Positions 8,892 through 16,830 of a stretch of 37,563 nucleotides of DNA are shown piece by piece (position 1 is the first letter of the stretch; the number at the start of each line of letters is the position of its first letter). A program made the translations under genes and the position numbers. Location: assembly GCA_038247415.1 (NCBI GenBank), contig JBBRUX010000039.1, positions 1-37,563 of the forward strand. Direction: 5' to 3'. Source of the DNA: Chitinivibrionales bacterium. GTDB taxonomy: Bacteria > Fibrobacterota > Chitinivibrionia > Chitinivibrionales > WJKA01. The notes under the pieces are model-generated. The model saw nothing but the letters and a program-made list of their open reading frames with translations. It did not search any database and had not been told where the DNA came from.

Positions 8892-10187
8892 TTATTCGAT
8901 CATGACAGATTGCGTCGAAATGCGATTGTTTCCTTTGACCTTGACAATATACGCACCGGCGGAAATATTTGCTGGACAGCGTATGTGAGCGCTGTTCGTT
9001 CCCGTTGATTCGGCGATGCGGCGGCCGTTGACATCAATAAGCGTTGCGCGAATTAATCCCGGAAGCGAGACCTCGAATTGCCGCATTTTGGAAATCCCGG
9101 GTATCGCTCGAACCAACAGACGATCCTGCAGCGGTTGAAGTCTCTTGCTTTCAATCGCACCGGTGCTGGCACTTCGCTTGACCCAGAGGTGAGAGGTTCC
9201 GGCCTTCGTCGACACTTTCGTCCATTGATTCTTTGATGCCTGATAGATGCAGATATCCCGATTGGCGGGCTGGTACTCGCCGCCCTGGTTGTGGGCGTTG
9301 GTGACAAGATAATCGGGGTGCGTTGACCATTCACAGTAAGTGTTCTCGGTGTAACCAGCCGGCAATTGTATAGGATTTGCGTCGCCCTGCAAAATCTGAT
9401 TATGGGCACCTGCAAGATAGGAGTATCCGTTTGGACGATTGATATCCGTATTGTAGGAACCATTGCAGGACTGCGTATTATCTTCCAAAATAAACTTAAC
9501 AAAAGCATTTGTTGATGCGGTCGGAACTAGTTCGGCCTGGGCTCGTCCTGGTTGACAGGTAAACATATATTTGCCGTTGGCGGACCTGCCGTTGCGCATA
9601 GCGATATCAAGAAGTTTGGTTGCCGTCCCGACAAGTTGACATGTGCCTTTGACCAGCTTCTGCAGGTAGGTTCGCCCGTCATCGAAGCCAAGGGTATCCC
9701 CATTTGCCCAGTTGGATGTTACATAGATGATATACTCATCGCCGGCAGGGCTCACCCACCAGCGCTGATCGTATGATCCGGTCGCGACCTGCACATGAAC
9801 CGAGGAATCACTGAGGTCCTGCACGATAATTGCCCCGTTATTGTTATAGGCGAACCGGGTCCCGTCCCAACTGATGGATGGATCGCCCACCCATAGTTTG
9901 GATTTTGTCGTCAGCAATTTCCAACTATACGTGGCTGCCGAAAAATCGAGCAGATATGTTGTTGCCGATAGGCCTGTTGCAAGCCCCTGGTCGTCGGCAG
10001 GCTTATCGCTACTACCGGTGGGGTAACACATGATGAGCTTCGCGCTGTCTCCGCCAAACAGCGTTTGCGCCTGAATCGTGGTGATTTTTATCGCGGGTAA
10101 CTGCGCGTTGACGCTCACGCTGCCCAGCAGGCATGCACTGGCGCATAGGAGCACGTGCTTAAGGCAGAAACGACAGGTACTCTTCAT
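8892..10187 (-). CDS. Secreted TolB-like beta-propeller protein with T9SS-type-A-like CTD
   Basis: Signal peptide; PSISWDGTRFAY, QSCNGS, CEWSTHPDY, HLWV; tail LIDVNGRRI..GAYIVKV. Confidence 0.7.
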   Translation of the reverse strand: MKSTCRFCLKHVLLCASACLLGSVSVNAQLPAIKITTIQAQTLFGGDSAKLIMCYPTGSSDKPADDQGLATGLSATTYLLDFSAATYSWKLLTTKSKLWVGDPSISWDGTRFAYNNNGAIIVQDLSDSSVHVQVATGSYDQRWWVSPAGDEYIIYVTSNWANGDTLGFDDGRTYLQKLVKGTCQLVGTATKLLDIAMRNGRSANGKYMFTCQPGRAQAELVPTASTNAFVKFILEDNTQSCNGSYNTDINRPNGYSYLAGAHNQILQGDANPIQLPAGYTENTYCEWSTHPDYLVTNAHNQGGEYQPANRDICIYQASKNQWTKVSTKAGTSHLWVKRSASTGAIESKRLQPLQDRLLVRAIPGISKMRQFEVSLPGLIRATLIDVNGRRIAESTGTNSAHIRCPANISAGAYIVKVKGNNRISTQSVMIE

Positions 10188-10349
10188 AGGAACGTTCTCC
10201 CCGCTAAATTGTTGATTTGTCTAAAAATCACCGAGCGCGCCCGTATCTCACAGAATTAGGCGTGCGTCTGCAACAAGGTGTTTTATAAGAGGCAATCTAC
10301 TGCGCAGACGACGGCACAACTCAGGCAAAATATTGTTTTCAGATTTAAT

Positions 10350-10369
10350 CTGTATTAATTTCAATACAG
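10350..10369. promoter_or_regulatory. Palindromic operator candidate for the adjacent GntR-type regulator
   Basis: CTGTATT-AATTTC-AATACAG is a perfect 7-bp inverted repeat, 36 bp upstream of the regulator start in a divergent intergenic region. Confidence 0.55.
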
Positions 10370-10405
10370 TGATGGCTATGGACTCAGACTAATCGGAGGT
10401 GGGGC

Positions 10406-11944
10406 ATGGAAAAACGTAAACCGGGAATCGACAGAGCTCTGCAGTGGCTGCAAACACTGCTCAAAGATTCCCGACTCAAGCCGGGTGATTCCCTGCCGTC
10501 GGTGCGGCAACTATCGCAGGACAGCCAGGTATGCACTGGCAGCATGTCCAAGGCGATCCAGCTTCTCAAGCAGTCCGGGGCGATCACCGGCGGTCCGCGG
10601 TGCAGATCCGTTGTAGTTGCGAATGGGAATGCTCTTGCGTTTGGGTCGGCACAGCAGCCTCGCCGGAAAATGCGATTATCCCCGGTAGCGCGCATCGAAT
10701 CCGAACTTCACCGCGCGATTCTCGTTGGCGAGATCGGTCCCGGAATGCCGTTTCCAGGATCAAAGGAACTAGGGCATCGTTTTCATGCGTCCCCGGCTAC
10801 TATTCGTTCAGCGCTTGATAGATTGTATACGGAAGGATTGATAGAAACAGAGAAGCGGTGGTTCTGCTTGCGTGTCGCCAGGCAGCCGAGGGCGAATGCG
10901 CGCATCGCACTGATCGGGTTTGCCACCGCCCCGCACGAGCCGATAATTCGCGCACATCAAGATACGTATCTCTGCAGCCTCCTCCACGCGCAGGTATGGC
11001 AGAGAAACTTTCTCCTTGACCAAGTGAGCTTTCCGCCCGGACCAAACGCTGTCTTGTACGGTCCGGATCGCGCACGGCCGTATGTGTTTGACGAAAACGT
11101 AATCGGGTGCATCGTGCTGCTCAACCAGATCTCCGACCTGTGGCCCGACCTGTTCAACAAGCTTGTCGGTTTGCGCATTCCTATTGCGGTTATCGATGAG
11201 TTTGGTCACTGGAGTGTCGGGGAGCACTTTCATTCTCCCGGCAGAGTGCGGGTCTTTTCGTTCTCGACCGGCCGGCTGGCGGCCACCGAAATCACCCGTA
11301 CCCTCCTGCGCTACGGACATCGACATTTCGCCTTCATTTCGCCATACCCATTTGCCTTCTGGTCCGGCATGCGGCGCGAGGCGATTCAGGAGGAGCTTGA
11401 CAAAGCAAATATCGGTGACAATCTCACGGTTATTGAATCCGATATCGGAGAAGAAGTTTCACGGCTCTTTCCGAGCGGCTCCGGCAAAGAAGTTCACAGG
11501 TACGCGATGGAGACCCTGAAAAGGTTCCCCCCGGTTGTGCAAGGCGCCTATGCCCGGAACAACAATGCCGGCTCGTGGAGCATGCATATCACCAGTGAAG
11601 CGGTCGACCGGCTCCTGCAGGTTCGGCTGGAGCCTCTCTATCGCCGGCCCGAGATTACCGCATGGATTGCAGTCAACGACCAATGCGCGGCCATCGCTTC
11701 CCAGGGGCTTCGCGACAACGGCCGGCACATGCCTGCGGATCTCTCGCTTGCCTCGTTTGACAACACCCCGGCCGCACAGGACTTACGCATCGCCTCCTAC
11801 GATTTCAATGCCTCTGGATGTGTCTCCGCGGTTCTCAATTTCCTCACGTCATCGATCGATTCGCGCAAGACATTTCCGACCGAGAGGATCGAAATTCCCG
11901 GGACGCTTGTCGAACGCGCATCGCTGGGACCAGCGCGCAGGTAA
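10406..11944 (+). CDS. Transcriptional regulator with two GntR-type wHTH domains and a LacI-type sugar-binding domain
   Basis: LKPGDSLPSVRQL..L; IGPGMPFPGSKELGHRF..LYTEGLI; C-terminal AWIAVND..DLSLASFDN; RBS GGAGGT. Confidence 0.9.
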   Translation: MEKRKPGIDRALQWLQTLLKDSRLKPGDSLPSVRQLSQDSQVCTGSMSKAIQLLKQSGAITGGPRCRSVVVANGNALAFGSAQQPRRKMRLSPVARIESELHRAILVGEIGPGMPFPGSKELGHRFHASPATIRSALDRLYTEGLIETEKRWFCLRVARQPRANARIALIGFATAPHEPIIRAHQDTYLCSLLHAQVWQRNFLLDQVSFPPGPNAVLYGPDRARPYVFDENVIGCIVLLNQISDLWPDLFNKLVGLRIPIAVIDEFGHWSVGEHFHSPGRVRVFSFSTGRLAATEITRTLLRYGHRHFAFISPYPFAFWSGMRREAIQEELDKANIGDNLTVIESDIGEEVSRLFPSGSGKEVHRYAMETLKRFPPVVQGAYARNNNAGSWSMHITSEAVDRLLQVRLEPLYRRPEITAWIAVNDQCAAIASQGLRDNGRHMPADLSLASFDNTPAAQDLRIASYDFNASGCVSAVLNFLTSSIDSRKTFPTERIEIPGTLVERASLGPARR

Positions 11945-12112
11945 TGGCTGGTTGTCGTTCGACCTCAATTAGATAGTAAGGCTCGTTGCGCTATCGCTTT
12001 AAAAATTCCCAATTTTTTTCCCATTCTACTATTATATACCTGTTGCGAAATTATTTTTAACCAACAGTTTAATTACCATTGGAAGCGTTACTGCAATGCC
12101 AGAAATAAAAAA

Positions 12113-12748
12113 ATGCTACTAAAGTACAACTTTCTGGCGCTCTGTGGGGTAGTTTTTGGGGCTTTTGGAGAGGGTCTTACTCCGCCCGATTCTCTTGTGC
12201 CTTTGGCTAAAATTGGGCAATCAATCATTGCTTGCCCGGGGGATTCGGTTACGCTCGATGGATGGGCATCTATTGGACGTGGAGCAGAAATCATGGAGTG
12301 GCACTGGGTGGGAAGTGGTGCACTCACGTTTGACATTAAAACCGATCGCGGAGATCTGCGGATAGCAGCCCCCATGGTTCCAAGAGTTACGGCGCTTTCT
12401 TTGATCGTTACAGATTCTAAAGGGCGGGTATCCAAACCAGATTGTGCCTCGCTCTGCGTCATGAAATCGGAGCCGCGTGTTTCTATAGGGGCAGATTCAA
12501 CCATTAAGGTTGGAGTACGGATAGCATTTGATCCGCATGTCTTGACAATATGTGGAGCTATTGTCAAATACGAATGGGATCTGGATGATGATGGCATTTA
12601 CGAATATGTATCTTCCGATAACGCAAAAACATCCAAGGCCTATTTTCGGGCAGGATCGTTTAAGGCGCGGTTTCGGGCAACAGATTCTTTTGGGCGTACA
12701 GCGGGCGGCATGAAAACAATTGTTGTTCTTCTCGCAGGCGCAAAATAA
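12113..12748 (+). CDS. Exported PKD-domain protein
   Basis: Hydrophobic N-terminus; GDSVTLDG..WHW..LIVTDSKG and KYEWDLDDDGIYEY..ARFRATDSFG. Confidence 0.75.
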   Translation: MLLKYNFLALCGVVFGAFGEGLTPPDSLVPLAKIGQSIIACPGDSVTLDGWASIGRGAEIMEWHWVGSGALTFDIKTDRGDLRIAAPMVPRVTALSLIVTDSKGRVSKPDCASLCVMKSEPRVSIGADSTIKVGVRIAFDPHVLTICGAIVKYEWDLDDDGIYEYVSSDNAKTSKAYFRAGSFKARFRATDSFGRTAGGMKTIVVLLAGAK

Positions 12749-12779
12749 CGATACAATTAGCTTTATGAAGGACAAAAGC

Positions 12780-13802
12780 ATGAAAACAATTACGGTTGGT
12801 ATCCTTGGCGCAACATCGTATACCGGGGTTGAGCTTACAAGGCTCTTGTGCATCCATAAGCACGTGTCAATAGGTTTTGTCTCGTCACAATCCTATGCGA
12901 ATCAGGCAATAAGTGAAGTGTTTCCAGAACTCTTAGCTATGTGCGACATGATCCTTTGTTCGCCCGAGGATGCTACAACACATACTGTTGATGTCGTGTT
13001 CTCGTGTTTACCCCATGCGGTATCGGCAGAGCATTGTTTGCCTTTTATAACAAAGGGAATTAAGGTTGTCGATCTGAGCGCAGATTTTAGAATTAAAGAT
13101 CTTGCCGTTTACGAAGCATGGTACAAAATAAAGCACCCCTGTCCTCAGTTTATCGAAAAAGCAGTGTATGGTTTGTGTGAACATGCTCACGATGCTATTG
13201 CAAAGGCTCACATCGTGGCGAGCCCAGGGTGTTATCCAACGTCAATTCTTTTGCCCGTATTGCCACTACTCAAAGATCCTTCGGTAAAAATTACTGCGAT
13301 CATTGCCGATTCAAAATCGGGTGTTTCCGGAGCCGGCAGAACATTAAAAACAGGATCGCTCTTTGCAGAAGCACACGACGATATTGTAGCCTATTCTGTT
13401 GGCCACGCGCATCGGCATGTGGCAGAAATGGAGCAGGAATTCTTTGCTGCCGGCAAGGGCTCTTTTCCCTTTACCTTTTCGCCGCACCTAATTCCCGTTA
13501 ACCGGGGAATGCTTTCGACACAATATCTTTTTATCAACAAAAGTGCAGACGAGTGCACAGAGATTGTTTCCGCTGCATATAGTGGACAGCCATTTATTCG
13601 GGTGCGGAAAAATGGTGATTTACCGCATACACGGGGAGTGGTAAGAACTAATTATTGCGACATCACTTTTGTTGACAATAAAAAAGGCCCCGTAATTGTA
13701 GTGAGTGCTATCGATAACCTTGGCAAAGGCGCATCTGGTCAAGCATTACAATCTATGAATATCATGTTTGGTTTACCTCAACACGAAGGATTGATACGGT
13801 AA
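12780..13802 (+). CDS. argC: N-acetyl-gamma-glutamyl-phosphate reductase
   Basis: GATSYTG, DLSADFR, catalytic PGCYPT, SGVSGAGR, IDNLGKGASGQA. Start moved to ATG 12780 after AAGGA. Confidence 0.95.
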   Translation: MKTITVGILGATSYTGVELTRLLCIHKHVSIGFVSSQSYANQAISEVFPELLAMCDMILCSPEDATTHTVDVVFSCLPHAVSAEHCLPFITKGIKVVDLSADFRIKDLAVYEAWYKIKHPCPQFIEKAVYGLCEHAHDAIAKAHIVASPGCYPTSILLPVLPLLKDPSVKITAIIADSKSGVSGAGRTLKTGSLFAEAHDDIVAYSVGHAHRHVAEMEQEFFAAGKGSFPFTFSPHLIPVNRGMLSTQYLFINKSADECTEIVSAAYSGQPFIRVRKNGDLPHTRGVVRTNYCDITFVDNKKGPVIVVSAIDNLGKGASGQALQSMNIMFGLPQHEGLIR

Positions 13803-14584
13803 TGAAGAAAACTGTTGTGGTAAAAATTGGTGGGTCAACTATCGATACTATTGGTCTTCTCGAAGAATTTGCACACGCCGTTGCTGCTCTACAAAACGAG
13901 GATACCGTGGTCGTGGTGCATGGCGGGGGTAAAGATATTGGGCGACAGCTCGATCTGCTTAATAAAGAGTTTGTTTTTATAGAAGGTATGCGGGTAACCG
14001 ATGCCCTCACTATGAAGCATGTTCAAATGGTGCTCTCCGGAGATGTCAATAAGCGGATTGTAAGTACGTTTTTGTCGGCTGGGGTAAAAGCTCTCGGATG
14101 CAGCGGTGTTGATTGTAATCTTGTTACTGCCCAAAAAATGCTTGTGTCCGGAAAAGATGTTGGATTTGTTGGTGAGGTTGTTGCCGTCGACACGACTATC
14201 CTAGATATTTGTAAAGAAAAAAACATTGTGCCTATCGTATCTCCCGTGTCGCGAGGGGCGGCAGGAGAATTTTATAATGTCAATGCCGATCTAGCTGCCT
14301 CGGAAATTGCTGTGGCCCTTAAAGCAGATCATTGCATCTTTATTTCCGATGTAGATGGCGTTTTAGATGAAAATAAAAAAATTATTTCGGGTATTGCCAC
14401 GTCAAGCATCGACGCATTGGTAGCCCAAAAAACAGTTACGGGAGGAATGATTCCAAAGCTTCGTTCTGCTGCCGATGCCATTTCTCGCGGTGTGTGCCGC
14501 GTACATATTTGTGGATGGCACGGAATAAAAACGTTACAGCAGGAACTAGGGGATGCAACCCATAGTGGAACAGTTATTTATTAA
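13802..14584 (+). CDS. argB: Acetylglutamate kinase
   Basis: VVKIGGS, VHGGG, GMRVTD, NVNAD, TGGMIPK; overlaps the argC stop. Confidence 0.95.
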   Translation: MKKTVVVKIGGSTIDTIGLLEEFAHAVAALQNEDTVVVVHGGGKDIGRQLDLLNKEFVFIEGMRVTDALTMKHVQMVLSGDVNKRIVSTFLSAGVKALGCSGVDCNLVTAQKMLVSGKDVGFVGEVVAVDTTILDICKEKNIVPIVSPVSRGAAGEFYNVNADLAASEIAVALKADHCIFISDVDGVLDENKKIISGIATSSIDALVAQKTVTGGMIPKLRSAADAISRGVCRVHICGWHGIKTLQQELGDATHSGTVIY

Positions 14585-14599
14585 TACTAAGGAATTGTT

Positions 14600-15781
14600 A
14601 TGAATACTCAAGCGATAGATGCATTATTTGTTCATGCTTTCAAGCGGTCTGGCGCTTTTTTTGTTAAGGGCAAAGGCATGTATCTTGTTGATGCAGACAA
14701 AAAAAAATATCTCGATTTTGGATCGGGTATTGCCGTTAATGCTTTAGGCCATGCGCACCCTGCGCTTATTAAAGCCATAGCAGAACAATCTCAGAAACTT
14801 CTCCATGTTTCCAATTTGTATTTTTGTAAACCACAAATAGCGCTTGCAAAAAAGATCTTGGCAAAAAGCTTTGGCGAAAAAATCTTTTTTTGCAACAGTG
14901 GAACCGAAGCCAATGAGGCTGCCATAAAATTTGCCCGGAAGCAGGCATCGCTAGTAAGTAAAACTAAATATCACGTGCTCTCCTTTACCGATGGTTTTCA
15001 TGGGAGAACCTATGGGGCATTGGCTGCAACTGCGCAAATAAAGTTCCACGAAGGGTTTGGGCCCATGCCAGCTGGTTTTCATTATTCTCCTTTTAACGAT
15101 GTTCTGGCAGCAAAAAAGATTCTTAAAAGTCAGGAATTTGCAGCAATTATTGTTGAGCCGGTTCAAGGGGAAAGTGGTGTCCATCGGGTTTCTCAGGAAT
15201 TTATTTCCTTTCTCAGAGACTATGCCACCAAAAATAAAATCGCACTAATCTTCGATGAGATCCAATGTGGCATGGGAAGAACGGGCACGTTGTGGCACTA
15301 CGAACAATTGGGTGTAGTGCCCGACATGATGACTCTTGCAAAACCGCTGGGTGGGGGGTTACCTCTTGGGGCTGTTGTTTGTACTGCAAAAAGCGTTGCA
15401 GCAATTGAGCCTGGGGATCATGGGACTACCTTTGGCGGAAATCCTTTGGCGTGTGCTCTGGGCGAAACGGTGCTCGATATCGTTTCCAAAAAGTCGTTTT
15501 TAAAAGACGTCAAAAGTAAAGGAAACTATCTTGCAGGAAAGCTTGCGGCGCTCGCTGCAACATATCCTATCATTGCGCAGGTACGGGCATCGGGACTTTT
15601 GGTAGGTGTCGAATTAAAAACAGATCCATTGCCTCTGGTTGCAGCGCTTATGAAGAATGGCCTTATTACCATTAAAGCCGGGCATAATACCATCCGGTTT
15701 ATTCCTCCGCTTATTGCAGCGTGGGACGACATTGAGAAAGCTGTTGAAATTTTTGAGAAAACCATTGCAACAGTTGGCTAA
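14600..15781 (+). CDS. argD: Acetylornithine aminotransferase
   Basis: NSGTEANE, FHGRT, DEIQCGMGRTG, PLP-lysine motif AKPLGGG, HGTTFGGNP. Confidence 0.93.
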   Translation: MNTQAIDALFVHAFKRSGAFFVKGKGMYLVDADKKKYLDFGSGIAVNALGHAHPALIKAIAEQSQKLLHVSNLYFCKPQIALAKKILAKSFGEKIFFCNSGTEANEAAIKFARKQASLVSKTKYHVLSFTDGFHGRTYGALAATAQIKFHEGFGPMPAGFHYSPFNDVLAAKKILKSQEFAAIIVEPVQGESGVHRVSQEFISFLRDYATKNKIALIFDEIQCGMGRTGTLWHYEQLGVVPDMMTLAKPLGGGLPLGAVVCTAKSVAAIEPGDHGTTFGGNPLACALGETVLDIVSKKSFLKDVKSKGNYLAGKLAALAATYPIIAQVRASGLLVGVELKTDPLPLVAALMKNGLITIKAGHNTIRFIPPLIAAWDDIEKAVEIFEKTIATVG

Positions 15782-15782
15782 T

Positions 15783-15983
15783 ATGGATTCTTCAGATACT
15801 CATTCTCCATCGACTCCCAGGGCTTTCCTGGGAGTCATGTTTGAATGCTGCAAGGTGTATGTAAGGATTTACAAAAACAAAGAGGGTAGTGCTTATTCTG
15901 GTAATTGCCCCAAGTGCTCAAAGCCTGTAAGAATTGCAATTGGTAAAGATGGAACTGGCCATCGATTCTTTACGGCACAATAA
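15783..15983 (+). CDS. Small Cys-rich (CC...CPKC) hypothetical protein, probable zinc ribbon
   Basis: ATG 1 nt after the argD stop; FLGVMFECCKVYVRIY...YSGNCPKC..GTGHRFF; 66 aa. Confidence 0.75.
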   Translation: MDSSDTHSPSTPRAFLGVMFECCKVYVRIYKNKEGSAYSGNCPKCSKPVRIAIGKDGTGHRFFTAQ

Positions 15984-16830
15984 CCAAATGAATATCCAGT
16001 GCTTTCACGCTGTGCGTTATAGCCCCGGTTGAAATGTAATCCACACCGGTTTCGGCAATTTCTTTAATCCGCTCAAGCGTTACATTTCCCGATGCCTCAA
16101 GCATAACAGGTGCATTTTGGCTATTGCGTAACGTTACGCACTGGCGCATATGCTCGTTTGTCATGTTGTCGAGCATGATGATTGTTGGAAGCTCTATCAG
16201 GGCTTCGTTAAATTCGTCGAGGCTTTGCACTTCGGCTTCTATCTTTACTGTAGGGAGCACTGCTGCACGCGCTTTTCGAATTGCTGCGCCAACGCTGCCA
16301 GCAGCTGCAACATGAGTGTCTTTTATCAGAACCATGTCGTAGAGTCCCATACGATGATTTTGCCCACCTCCATCTCGTACTGCACGCTTTTCCAGGCATC
16401 TCAGAAGGGGTGTAGTTTTGCGTGTGTCAAGAACTTTGGTGAGGGTATGAGAAATGGCCGAAACAAGAACGTTGGTTGCTGTAGCAATGCCGCTGAGCCG
16501 TTGCAGTAGGTTTAAAGCAATGCGTTCCCCGGCAAGAATTGCTCTAATGGGCCCGTTAAGTTCGCACAGAAGTGTTCCCTGTGAAACCTTTTCGCCATCG
16601 GCTGCATGTATTGTTACTACGCAAGCAGGATTGATAAGGGTAAAGAGTCTTTTTAAAAGGTATAATCCTGAAACTACGCCAGCTTCTTTACATTTAATAT
16701 GAGCATGGGCATTGTCTTTTTCGCTAAAAATGGCGTTGCTTGTTATATCACCACTCTGCAATAGATCTTCACGGAGTGCTCTGTGAAGAAAGTCGTCGAG
16801 ATCAAATTCGTTGAAATCATGATGCATCAT
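15970..16830 (-). CDS. nadC: Nicotinate-nucleotide pyrophosphorylase (quinolinate phosphoribosyltransferase)
   Basis: EDL..GDITS, DTRKTTP, HRMGLYD..LIKDTH, IMLDNM, EASGNV. Start 16830 overlaps the upstream stop (ATGA). Confidence 0.95.
   Translation of the reverse strand: MMHHDFNEFDLDDFLHRALREDLLQSGDITSNAIFSEKDNAHAHIKCKEAGVVSGLYLLKRLFTLINPACVVTIHAADGEKVSQGTLLCELNGPIRAILAGERIALNLLQRLSGIATATNVLVSAISHTLTKVLDTRKTTPLLRCLEKRAVRDGGGQNHRMGLYDMVLIKDTHVAAAGSVGAAIRKARAAVLPTVKIEAEVQSLDEFNEALIELPTIIMLDNMTNEHMRQCVTLRNSQNAPVMLEASGNVTLERIKEIAETGVDYISTGAITHSVKALDIHLVIVP

Noticed and set aside
12708..12791. 14-bp direct repeat GCATGAAAACAATT at 12708 and 12778
   Set aside because: Both copies encode MKTI in coding sequence, there are only two copies and nothing mobile lies between them; likely coincidence.
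15657..15983. 108-aa ORF as called in the track
   Set aside because: The first 42 codons overlap argD; the plausible gene starts at ATG 15783.
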